Shown in pieces: positions 29,122 to 38,031 of a DNA stretch of 64,000 nt. A model generated the notes under the pieces. It searched no databases. It was not told where the DNA came from and saw only the letters and a list, made by a program, of their open reading frames with translations. Position numbers and translations under genes: made by a program. Origin of the DNA: an uncultured Ignavibacteriales bacterium (GTDB taxonomy: Bacteria > Zixibacteria > MSB-5A5 > GN15 > FEB-12); NCBI GenBank assembly GCA_964464605.1, contig CAYXJN010000001.1:131068-195067 (forward strand). Reading direction: 5' to 3'. Numbering within the stretch: the stretch's first letter is position 1; every line of letters begins with the position of its first letter.

Positions 29122-30270
29122 TTACCTAACACCACAAGCTGCTGCCGCGTCATGCTGCGTCGGTACAATATTCAGATAATCGACCAATTCAAGCGACGTG
29201 AGCGTATTTTTTGTGGATGCGGAAACGTTGCAGAAAATGATATCTCCATCGGAGGCACGGAACATTTCGATTGCTTTTACGATCGTGTTGATTCCGCTTT
29301 GCGAAATCGATTCAAGGTCGAGAAAATCGAGCACGATCGAAGTATACCCACCCTGCTTTGCATTCGTGAACAACGTGTGCAGATCGCTGGTATTGGCGTC
29401 GTCGATATGACTTCCGGTTTTCACATGCAAAACAGTGTCGGTAAGCGGACGGGTAAAGAGAAAATGTAAATTTTGCCTGCCGGGCGCCCAGTATTTTTCG
29501 ATAGTCAGTTCATTCTGACCGATAGCAGTGCGCGTGTATTTCATCGTATCCGAAAGTTTGCGAATAAGCGAAAGGCCGTAGCCATTGGTTTGCCGTCCCG
29601 GCACGACTTTCTGCGAGCGACCCTGCTGGGTATGGCTGAAAGTCGGATCGTAAGCGATACCGTTGTCACGGAATGTCAGAGTTACGACATCTTCCTTGCA
29701 ATCGACCACGCATTGCACCGGTATCGATTTGTCGACCATTCCGTGCATGCGGATATTAGTAGCTATTTCATAAAAAACCGTCAAAAGTTCAAATTGCGTT
29801 AGCGAGGGGATTTGTAAACTGCTAAGTAAGCTGACCAAGCGTCGCTGCCCTTCGAATACTCCCTGCTCTGTGGCAGGAAACGCTATATCAAGATGGGCGC
29901 GGTCGACCCGTGAAACAGACTGGTCATCATTGGAAACGGTATGGCTCAGTTCCTTGCGGCAACCGAAGAGTTCAGCCAAATCGAGCATGTTAAGAACCCG
30001 GATAAGTCCGTCCGGAGCGCTTTGCAGTTTCATGTCAGAGCCATGACGGCTGCAGCGAAGCCGGGTTTGCCAGAGAATATGAATATGCCAGGAAAAGACC
30101 TGCTGGATTTGTGCGCACTCGATATGCAGAACATCCGCTCCGTCACCGAACAGGCTGTCGATCTGTTTGAGATATTCCTCGCGGGTAATAACCGACGGCT
30201 CGGTTGGCAGCGAAATCGACTGCTCCCGTTTCTTGCCTACTGGCTGCTTGGAAACGCCGGTGTTTGACAT
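29122..30270 (-). CDS. STAS - anti-sigma-type HATPase (RsbW/SpoIIAB-like) - STAS fusion
   Basis: STAS1 (ECAQIQQVFSWH...LIRVLNMLDL), EIATNIRMHG / DNGIAYDP / GYGLSLIRKLSD, STAS2 (IVLDFLDLESISQSG...GDIIFCNV). Confidence 0.8.
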   Translation of the reverse strand: MSNTGVSKQPVGKKREQSISLPTEPSVITREEYLKQIDSLFGDGADVLHIECAQIQQVFSWHIHILWQTRLRCSRHGSDMKLQSAPDGLIRVLNMLDLAELFGCRKELSHTVSNDDQSVSRVDRAHLDIAFPATEQGVFEGQRRLVSLLSSLQIPSLTQFELLTVFYEIATNIRMHGMVDKSIPVQCVVDCKEDVVTLTFRDNGIAYDPTFSHTQQGRSQKVVPGRQTNGYGLSLIRKLSDTMKYTRTAIGQNELTIEKYWAPGRQNLHFLFTRPLTDTVLHVKTGSHIDDANTSDLHTLFTNAKQGGYTSIVLDFLDLESISQSGINTIVKAIEMFRASDGDIIFCNVSASTKNTLTSLELVDYLNIVPTQHDAAAACGVR

Positions 30271-30278
30271 CGTATATA

Positions 30279-30305
30279 CTATCGGTCAGTCTGCCGTTTC
30301 CTTGA
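30279..30305 (-). promoter_or_regulatory. Sigma-28-type promoter for the STAS-fusion/HK pair
   Basis: TCAAG-N14-ACCGATAG, 8 nt before ATG 30270. Confidence 0.65.
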
Positions 30306-30387
30306 TGAAACTGTCTTCGTTTTATCCCTAACATAATGTCCTGTTTTGCGGTTGTAGCCGGGAGACGGATATAGTACCCTGTCCCCC

Positions 30388-31869
30388 ATGAGTTCGCTTT
30401 CCCCATACGGAATTCATTGGTTCCGCCGTGACTTACGAGTCACCGGCAACCCGGCACTGCAATGGAACTGGAAACAGCACAAAGGACAGGTAGTCGGCTT
30501 GTTTTGCTTCGATAAAGCATTTCTTTCCCGACCGGATTTTTCCGTCAACCGGTTCCAGTTTTTCCTCGAAACGCTGGTTGCACTGAAAGCGGAATTGAAC
30601 TCCTTGGGGGGTGACCTTTTGGTGTTGGATAAAGGGCCGCTGGATACATTCCCCTACCTGTTTAACGCAATAAAACAGCAGGGAGCAGCATTACCGTCGA
30701 CAGTGTCATGGAACCGGGATTATGAACCGTTTGCCCGTGCGCGTGACCAAAAAATCGAAACGCTGCTGGAAGAAAATGGAGTTAACGCACACACCGAGCG
30801 GGATCATCTGCTAATCGAACCGGATGAGCTCACCAAAGAAAACAGTCAAAATGGATTTCAAGTCTATACTCCCTTCTCCCGCAAATGGCTCGATCTGTTT
30901 AACACACCGACAATACAGGAACGGATTCATCGCCAGAAAGTAGCATTACAGCAACGAAACAAAAAAGGAGGGACGTCGTCCCTTTTTTCCTTGAGTTGGG
31001 AAGCATTGATTGGTAGTACGATCACAAAACAGGATGCACTGGAGAAATATCGAATATCAAACGGCAAATTAGTAACTATACCTATTCCGAAAGCTGGATC
31101 GCAGGAAGCACTTACTGCATTGGCTGCATTCAAACCAAAAATAAATTCCTACACCGACAAACGGGATGTTCCATCAGAAAGCGGCACTTCCCGCCTCTCG
31201 TTGTTTCTCAAAAATGGTTCTCTGACGATTTCACAGATAATCGCGTATCTTGATTTAAAAGGGTACGGTAAGCAGGAAGCAACCGGACGAGCGAAATATC
31301 TGAGTGAATTAATCTGGCGGGAGTTTTATTACCATATTTTGTACCGCCATCCCCATGTTGAATCTCAAGCCTTTCAGACAAGATACAAAAATATCCAATG
31401 GGAAAGCAATGAGAAGTGGTTTGCGGCATGGAAAGAGGGGCGTACCGGGTTTCCGATTGTCGATGCCGCCATGCGTGAGTTGCGAATGACGGGATGGATG
31501 CATAACCGGGCGCGGATGATTGTCGCGTCGTTTTTGACCAAAGACTTGCTCATCGACTGGAAATGGGGAGAACAATGGTTTATGAATCAGCTACTGGATG
31601 GTGACCTTGCTCCCAACAACGGCGGATGGCAATGGGCAGCTTCCACCGGATGTGATCCACAACCCTATTTCCGTATTTTCAACCCCTGGCTGCAAAGCAA
31701 GAAATTCGATTCGGACGGTGTGTATATCAAACGCTTCATTCCCGAACTGCGTGATTGTCCGGTTGAAAAGTTACATAAACCGATTTTGGATGCCCCCAAT
31801 GGATATCCCAAACCGATAGTGGATCATGACGCGCAGCGTATCAAAGCACTTGCCGCATATCAACTGTGA
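30388..31869 (+). CDS. phrB: Deoxyribodipyrimidine photolyase (class I CPD)
   Basis: WFRRDLR, TSRLS, ELIWREFY, GRTGFPIVDAAMR, GWMHNRARM, DGDLAPNNGGWQW, YFRIFNP. Confidence 0.93.
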   Translation: MSSLSPYGIHWFRRDLRVTGNPALQWNWKQHKGQVVGLFCFDKAFLSRPDFSVNRFQFFLETLVALKAELNSLGGDLLVLDKGPLDTFPYLFNAIKQQGAALPSTVSWNRDYEPFARARDQKIETLLEENGVNAHTERDHLLIEPDELTKENSQNGFQVYTPFSRKWLDLFNTPTIQERIHRQKVALQQRNKKGGTSSLFSLSWEALIGSTITKQDALEKYRISNGKLVTIPIPKAGSQEALTALAAFKPKINSYTDKRDVPSESGTSRLSLFLKNGSLTISQIIAYLDLKGYGKQEATGRAKYLSELIWREFYYHILYRHPHVESQAFQTRYKNIQWESNEKWFAAWKEGRTGFPIVDAAMRELRMTGWMHNRARMIVASFLTKDLLIDWKWGEQWFMNQLLDGDLAPNNGGWQWAASTGCDPQPYFRIFNPWLQSKKFDSDGVYIKRFIPELRDCPVEKLHKPILDAPNGYPKPIVDHDAQRIKALAAYQL

Positions 31870-32100
31870 GTAGCTACATCGGTGTTGCCGGTGTACTTTT
31901 CTGTTGCTTCGTCCGCCTGATTCCGCTTTCTTTATCAACGAATTACGACTCGACGCAGACGCAGGGAAATCATTTCGTACATCTTGGTCAGCTTTTCCCA
32001 AACCAACTTTGGCTTGCTCGTTTGAGTATTGTTGTCTGTTTGTAAATTGAGTAATCGCTCTTGGATTTTGGTAGGGAAACAAACAAAAAAGGAGAAAGAA

Positions 32101-33726
32101 ATGTACCGCCTGTCGAAATCAAATCTGCAGACAATCGGATTCGGATTGTTACTGCTGTTTGCCGCTTCTGCCTGCTTTGCGGGCGACCAGTTATGGGAGC
32201 AGAGTTTCCCCAGTGATATCAAATGGCAAAAACTTACTTCGACCGGCCATCTTGTGGTCTGCACGGATGACGCGCTTCGCGGTTTGAAACCGGAAACCGG
32301 CGAGATGGCATGGACAATCGAAGAACTGAAGGACTTTAAGGACGAGGACTTCGAACTCATCTACATGACTCCATACGCACTGGTAAGTAAAGGAAAAGGA
32401 ATATTCAAAGGGGGCGGAAACAACCTGTCGCTTATTGATGTCACAAACGGAACTACCGCTTGGACAACCGATGAACTTGGCATAACTAGTTCAGCCGGAA
32501 ATTGGCTTTTGCCACAGGTAAATGCGCTATTGCTTGTCGGGTCGCTCGGAAAGAATGCCAATGAGAAAACGCTGATTTGTCTTGATATAACGACCGGCAA
32601 AGAACTATGGCACCAGAAAGATTTCTTTAAAAAATACAAGGCACAATTCTGGCCAGCCGGAAAAACAAAAATTTCAATGGAAGGAAATCAGTTCCCGGTC
32701 TTTGATTCTGAAGAATCTATCATCGTCAATTGGTCAAACGAGGGATTGAGAAAGTTCAACATCAAAACCGGTGAAACAATCTGGCAAACGAAACTGAAAG
32801 TCAAAATTACGCCGGCGATCTTTGCGGGTTTTGCACAGATGATACTCAACGAAGACAAAAGCGTCCTGTACATTCCGACCGACAAATCGATTACCGCCGT
32901 CAAAACCAGCGACGGTAGCCTGCTTTGGTCCGCTGGCCCGAAACTGAAAGGCATGGTAAATTACTTACAGCTGACACCGCATGGGTTACTGGTTATGGGT
33001 GGGCCAAATCTTGAAGGAAAAGATGGTGACCCTTTTCTCACGCTCGTTGATCCGGCGACCGGCGCGTTAAAATGGAAAAAAGAATTTACGAAGCTGAAAG
33101 AGAATACGAATTACGCCTATGAAGGGGATCAGATTCTTATCTGTTCCGACAAGAAGCTCTACAAAATAGCCTTTGCTGACGGAAGCTTTACTGAATTCGC
33201 CAAAGATTTGAAATTCGAAGGGGATGAGAAACCAAGTGAATTGGAACTGCGTGAGAACGGCTATTTCCTGAAATCGAGCCAGAACCTTTTATTGATCGAT
33301 AAAAACGGTGCAGAAACGTATCACGCGTATTTCAAGGCTCCGGGCTCAGGTCTGTTCACCAAAATTGCCACTACGGCGTTGGTTACTGCCGTCAATGCCG
33401 GTTCAGCCGCCAGCGCTTACCAGCGGGCACAGACGGAAGCAATGCAGTATGGACACGGTGAGGCGAGTTACACGCTAATTAGTAACCCATACCTGAGCAA
33501 GCGCTTCAAAGCAACCAAGTCGAGTGAGAATTATCAGATTATTCTTACTAACGTTGAGGATGCCGGCAAAGACGGCGCCGGATTGGTAAAGGTGAGCAAG
33601 ATTTCGGGAAAAACTGAGAAACAGATATATCTGGGCACGAAGTCGCCTGAGTATGAAATGGATGAAATCGAATCCCGCCTTTTTTTCAAAGCTGACGACA
33701 AAAAGATTGTCTGCTATAGTTTCTAA
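32101..33726 (+). CDS. Secreted PQQ-like (BamB-type) beta-propeller protein
   Basis: Signal peptide; repeated D..TG...W blades; start ATG 32101 with RBS AAGGAG. Confidence 0.78.
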   Translation: MYRLSKSNLQTIGFGLLLLFAASACFAGDQLWEQSFPSDIKWQKLTSTGHLVVCTDDALRGLKPETGEMAWTIEELKDFKDEDFELIYMTPYALVSKGKGIFKGGGNNLSLIDVTNGTTAWTTDELGITSSAGNWLLPQVNALLLVGSLGKNANEKTLICLDITTGKELWHQKDFFKKYKAQFWPAGKTKISMEGNQFPVFDSEESIIVNWSNEGLRKFNIKTGETIWQTKLKVKITPAIFAGFAQMILNEDKSVLYIPTDKSITAVKTSDGSLLWSAGPKLKGMVNYLQLTPHGLLVMGGPNLEGKDGDPFLTLVDPATGALKWKKEFTKLKENTNYAYEGDQILICSDKKLYKIAFADGSFTEFAKDLKFEGDEKPSELELRENGYFLKSSQNLLLIDKNGAETYHAYFKAPGSGLFTKIATTALVTAVNAGSAASAYQRAQTEAMQYGHGEASYTLISNPYLSKRFKATKSSENYQIILTNVEDAGKDGAGLVKVSKISGKTEKQIYLGTKSPEYEMDEIESRLFFKADDKKIVCYSF

Positions 33727-33750
33727 TTCGACCAATTCATAGTACCATAT

Positions 33751-33779
33751 ACCCCGGTTCACCTGAACCGGGGTTTTTT
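33751..33779 (+). terminator. Intrinsic terminator
   Basis: ACCCCGGTTCA-CC-TGAACCGGGGT followed by a T run. Confidence 0.88.
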
Positions 33780-33798
33780 GTTTGAAAGGACGTGTGGC

Positions 33799-34152
33799 AT
33801 GATAACACGATATACTGAGGCATCTGAGTTTTATATCGATGAAGGGGCCTATATCATCGAAATGGATAGCGGCGAGGCAGAATGCTCTATCGCTCGCGCT
33901 CGTGTAAAAGTCGGTGTTACTACCCAATGGCACAGCCTGACCAATACCATCGAGCGGTACATTATTCTTTCCGGAAACGGGCGGGTTGAAGTCGGCAATG
34001 ATCCACCAACCGATATCGGCCCAATGGATGTGGTCACGATTGCGGCCGGGGTACGCCAGCGGATTACTAACACCGGCCCAACGGATCTGATTTTTCTGTG
34101 TATTTGCACTCCGCGCTTTCAGTTTGAGAATTATGTAAATCTCGAAGCGTAA
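33799..34152 (+). CDS. Cupin domain protein
   Basis: T.WH.L...ERY.IL.G.G.V, RQRITNTG..DL.FLCIC.P. Confidence 0.88.
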   Translation: MITRYTEASEFYIDEGAYIIEMDSGEAECSIARARVKVGVTTQWHSLTNTIERYIILSGNGRVEVGNDPPTDIGPMDVVTIAAGVRQRITNTGPTDLIFLCICTPRFQFENYVNLEA

Positions 34153-34230
34153 GGGGACACCCCTTGACAGCAGGTATTCCGTTCATCTTCTTTGCTGTAA
34201 CAATTGCACTCTCTATCGGAGGAATGACTC

Positions 34231-34530
34231 ATGTTCATCGCACGAAATGTATTTCACCTGAAATTCGGCAAAATGAAAGAAGCGAAAGAGCTTTGGAAAA
34301 CCGGAATGGAAATTCAGCGTAAACTGGGCGCGACACTCTCCACTCGTCTGTTAGCCGACGTTACCGGTCAGTACTATACATTGGTGCTTGAAATCAGCGC
34401 GGAATCGATGGGGGATTTTGAAAAGCATTATGCGCCGATGAGCCAATCCAAAGAATGGCAGGATTGGTATAACAAATTCTCCGAATTAGTCCAAGACGGT
34501 TACCGTGAGATTTTGCAGGAAGTGAAGTAA
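34231..34530 (+). CDS. Small dimeric alpha-beta barrel (NIPSNAP-like) protein
   Basis: RNVFHLKFGK, TGQYYTLVLE, G.REI pattern; RBS GGAGG. Confidence 0.55.
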   Translation: MFIARNVFHLKFGKMKEAKELWKTGMEIQRKLGATLSTRLLADVTGQYYTLVLEISAESMGDFEKHYAPMSQSKEWQDWYNKFSELVQDGYREILQEVK

Positions 34531-34558
34531 GAACCTTTTTTTGCGAAACTAAATCTAA

Positions 34559-35278
34559 ATGAAAAAATCACTTAAACAGCGAACTTTTCTTGGTTATTCC
34601 AATTTGACACGTTGCTGCCAATTGACCTTGTCAAACTTCGTTATCCTTGCCATGCTTTCTATTGGTTGCGGGAAACCTCCGGCAATACAGCAGAAACCTG
34701 ATACCTTTCAATACACCGATGAAACATCCGGTACAAAGTTGACTATGGCTATACCGGAGAACTTGGATGCGTGTTACCAAGCTCTTGATATCATATTAAG
34801 CAAAGAAAGCAGAGAAACGATTAAGCATACGAATGAAGACGGGTTGATCATCTATCACAGAGTACCTGGCATGTGGATGCGAAACGAATGGGGATTGTGG
34901 AGTGGCTCGAAGCTTGCAATATGGTTTGATTCACTTGGTATACATCACCCGGACGAAATGTCCAGCATCATCATAAAATCGTATTGGCGGTATTTGAATG
35001 ACAAGCCGATCGCTTTAGAAGAACAAATCAAGTTTTATCAGGATTATTGGAATTCTGCATCAGTAGGTTATCTGGTGTTATGCCCGCTTTGCAAAAAACC
35101 GATGCAGCAGTGTATGTCGGGTAAAGGAGTGGATCCGTTTCGACCTGATGATTCTGTCAACGTCTATCTTTGTCCAAAGAAACACAGCTTTTACTATTCA
35201 ATAAGTAGAGGGCTTTATGAACCAGCTATTGAAACAAGTAAACGGATTCTTGATTCACTTACTACCAAGTGCCAATGA
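34559..35278 (+). CDS. Hypothetical lipoprotein with HPDEMS motif and C-terminal Cys cluster
   Basis: LSIGC lipobox; GMWMRNEWGLW.GS.L..WF...GI.HPDEMS; CPLC..C..CPKKH; true start probably downstream. Confidence 0.5.
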   Translation: MKKSLKQRTFLGYSNLTRCCQLTLSNFVILAMLSIGCGKPPAIQQKPDTFQYTDETSGTKLTMAIPENLDACYQALDIILSKESRETIKHTNEDGLIIYHRVPGMWMRNEWGLWSGSKLAIWFDSLGIHHPDEMSSIIIKSYWRYLNDKPIALEEQIKFYQDYWNSASVGYLVLCPLCKKPMQQCMSGKGVDPFRPDDSVNVYLCPKKHSFYYSISRGLYEPAIETSKRILDSLTTKCQ

Positions 35279-35293
35279 TATTCAGTACCCTTA

Positions 35294-35827
35294 TTACTTC
35301 ACTCTCGCATACGGGAAGTTGATACCGCGTTCCTGATCTTGGATTTTACCTTCGATACGAGCGCGCAAAGAATCCGCCGCGATCAACTGGTAAATCACCC
35401 GCTGCGGGAAATCATGAGTCGGGTTTTCAAATACAAAACGGGATGAATCAGACGATACTAATTTGAACAGCACTGGTGCGGGGTTTTGAGAAACTTCGGC
35501 GATAAAGAAAAATCCGGAATCAGTTGCCTGCATCCACATCTTTTCAAGCCCGGTTGTATCCTGACCTTTTAGGGTGAACCCTAATCCGGCAAGACTGTTG
35601 GAATCCTTTTTCCACACTTCGTTAACAATTAAATCGGCGTGGACCATCTGCCAAGTTCCCGGCAGCCAATCAAAACAACTGAGATCACATGAGACAGCTT
35701 TTGCTTTTATAGAATCAGCTTTGGGTGCTTCGACTTTCGTTGAATCAGCATGAACGGATACCGCAGCAACAAACGCTACACAGAATGTAATTAGAAAGAT
35801 TTGCTTCAATTTCATTTGATACTCCAA
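35294..35827 (-). CDS. Secreted DUF6265-like beta-barrel protein
   Basis: Signal peptide; WLPGTW, FENPTHDFPQRVIY. Confidence 0.7.
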   Translation of the reverse strand: MEYQMKLKQIFLITFCVAFVAAVSVHADSTKVEAPKADSIKAKAVSCDLSCFDWLPGTWQMVHADLIVNEVWKKDSNSLAGLGFTLKGQDTTGLEKMWMQATDSGFFFIAEVSQNPAPVLFKLVSSDSSRFVFENPTHDFPQRVIYQLIAADSLRARIEGKIQDQERGINFPYARVK

Positions 35828-35872
35828 ATATGGAAAAGCAGTAACTTCTTTAATGAAAGGTAGAGACGCTAC

Positions 35873-37198
35873 TCACCGTTTGCCGAAACCGCGGGGACCA
35901 CGACGTTTATTGGCGCGTCCGAAATGCGGCTGCGACGGCCGTGAAGGCGCAGATGATCCGGATGAACTCGGCGTGGACGGTCGCGAATGAGTCGGTCGCG
36001 AGGGTCGGTGACGACGTTCCGGTTGATCTGAGTCTGAACGTGACGGTTCATACGCAGGACGCGGTCGTTCCGGCGGTAAAGCCGGAAGCGATGAAATGGG
36101 CAGCGCAGTTCGAATCAAGCGTTCGATATCGCGAACATCTTTTTTCTGATCGAAGGTCGCAAAAGAGATCGCGCGTCCCAAGCGTCCGGCGCGGCCGGTA
36201 CGGCCAATACGGTGCACGTAATCTTCGGAATTGGACGGCAGGTCATAATTGATTACGATTTCAATGCCGGTAACATCGATTCCCCGTGCGGCAATATCGG
36301 TCGCAATAAGAATACGATATTTACCGGATTTGAATCCTTCGAGCGCCTCACGTCGCTGCGCTAAACTGCGGTTGGAGTGAATTTCGGCAGCAGTGTAATC
36401 TGCGGTTTTCATCTGCCGTGTCAGCTTTTTCGCACCATGTTTGGTGCGGGTGAAAACAAGAATCGGACCTGGATATTGATTCAAGACGACTTCCAGAAGA
36501 CGAGTCTTTGAGCCTTTATCGACAAAGAAAACTTCCTGCGTAACTTTTTCGGCGGCTGTTCCCGGTGGAGCGATTTCGACGTTGATCGGAAGCTCCATAT
36601 GCTTTTTTGCAATCGAAACAATCTCCGACGGCATAGTAGCGGAAAACAGCATTGTCTGTCGATTGCTGGGAATCGCACTTAGAATTTTATTTATCTGCGG
36701 CGCAAAGCCCATGTCGAGCATCCGGTCCGCCTCATCCAAAACAAGAATGTGCACATCATGCAAATGTACGATGCGCTGGTCGAAGTGATCTATCAACCGA
36801 CCCGGTGTCGCGATAATAATGCGCGGCTGCTTTTCAAGGGCGCGTTTTTGATGATACATCGATTCCCCGCCGATCAACACCGCCGTCCGCATACCGATCG
36901 CGCGGCAAAACGGCTGCAATGCCTGATCGACCTGCAACGCCAGTTCACGGGTGGGCAACAGCACAAGCCCGCGACCTTTTATCTGCGCAAGCCGCTGGAT
37001 CATCGGAATACCGAAGGCGAGAGTTTTGCCGGTACCGGTTTGGGCGATGGCAATAATATCTTTGCCTTCAATACCGATCGGTATCGACTGTCTTTGGACC
37101 GGCGTTGGGGTAGTGAATTTCAAATGGTCAATGACATCGAGCAACTTCGGCGCGATGCCAAGACCGGTAAATCCGTTGGAAGTTTGTTTTACGTTCAT
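35873..37198 (-). CDS. DEAD-box RNA helicase (RhlE-like)
   Basis: AQTGTGKT, PTRELA, TPGR, DEAD, SAT, ARGID, HRIGRTGR; basic low-complexity tail. Confidence 0.95.
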   Translation of the reverse strand: MNVKQTSNGFTGLGIAPKLLDVIDHLKFTTPTPVQRQSIPIGIEGKDIIAIAQTGTGKTLAFGIPMIQRLAQIKGRGLVLLPTRELALQVDQALQPFCRAIGMRTAVLIGGESMYHQKRALEKQPRIIIATPGRLIDHFDQRIVHLHDVHILVLDEADRMLDMGFAPQINKILSAIPSNRQTMLFSATMPSEIVSIAKKHMELPINVEIAPPGTAAEKVTQEVFFVDKGSKTRLLEVVLNQYPGPILVFTRTKHGAKKLTRQMKTADYTAAEIHSNRSLAQRREALEGFKSGKYRILIATDIAARGIDVTGIEIVINYDLPSNSEDYVHRIGRTGRAGRLGRAISFATFDQKKDVRDIERLIRTALPISSLPALPPERPRPAYEPSRSDSDQPERRHRPSRPTHSRPSTPSSSGSSAPSRPSQPHFGRANKRRGPRGFGKR

Positions 37199-37267
37199 TT
37201 AGGCTCATCTCCGGGATTCATCCGGAAAGAAGCACCCGAAATGAAACAACAGGAAAAATGGTTCAGA

Positions 37268-37867
37268 TTAACGGGAATACCACTCAACGATGTGGTGCTC
37301 GTCGCAAATCACCGGAATATCCATACGTTCCGGTTCACCCATTCTGCGGATAGTGCAGCTTGCTTTGTCGAGGTCGACATACGGAACAGTCGCTCCGCGT
37401 TTGAGACCTTCGAGCACATGCGGCATATTGCGACCTTTATCACTGAGCGTGATAACATCGCCGACTCTGACCATATATCCGGAAATCGTGACGCGCTGGC
37501 CGTTAACGAACACATGACGGTGATTGATAACCTGACGGGCCGCTAAAAACGTCGGCACAACGCCGGAGCGAACGAGAGTGGCATCAAGGCGTTCATCGAG
37601 CAAACGAATCAGATTCGTTCCGGTATCACCTTTGAGGCGAAGCGCTTCTTTGAATGTGCGTTTGAGCACTTTGTCGGTAATCATGAACTGAAAGCGGAGT
37701 TTCTGCTTTTCGCGAAGCTGGGTCGCATACACGGACTGGTTGGTCCGGCTGGTGGGGCCATGCTGTCCCGGGACAGTCGGGCGTTTTTCTAACACTTTTG
37801 CGGTCTTTGGAGAGAGCGCAACTCCCAAGCGACGGGCAACTTTGCCAAGCGGCTGCGTGTACTTCAC
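37268..37867 (-). CDS. rpsD: 30S ribosomal protein S4, stand-alone, lacking zinc-ribbon cysteines
   Basis: PGQHG, YATQLREKQKLR, GDTGTNL..LL..RLD, ARQ.INH.H..VNG, IVEWYSR; GTG start. Confidence 0.92.
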   Translation of the reverse strand: MKYTQPLGKVARRLGVALSPKTAKVLEKRPTVPGQHGPTSRTNQSVYATQLREKQKLRFQFMITDKVLKRTFKEALRLKGDTGTNLIRLLDERLDATLVRSGVVPTFLAARQVINHRHVFVNGQRVTISGYMVRVGDVITLSDKGRNMPHVLEGLKRGATVPYVDLDKASCTIRRMGEPERMDIPVICDEHHIVEWYSR

Positions 37868-37944
37868 TTCCTAATAACTCCTGTTCAGTTCTTCATCTAC
37901 CTATTGTTCGATGAAACAATGTTTGATTTAAAAATCGGACATGC

Positions 37945-37974
37945 ATAATACGAAACTCTGTGGATAACTGTCAA
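37945..37974 (-). promoter_or_regulatory. Sigma-70 promoter TTGACA-N18-TATTAT with a consensus DnaA box in the spacer
   Basis: -35 at 37969-37974, -10 at 37945-37950, TTATCCACA at 37959-37967. Confidence 0.65.
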
Positions 37975-38031
37975 GGGCAGGCCGGGAATAAACCGGCAGA
38001 TTGGTATACGGGAAGTAAAGCCTATTGCCTA

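Noticed and set aside
36749..37546. 265-aa plus-strand ORF
   Set aside because: Antisense shadow of the conserved DEAD-box helicase and rpsD
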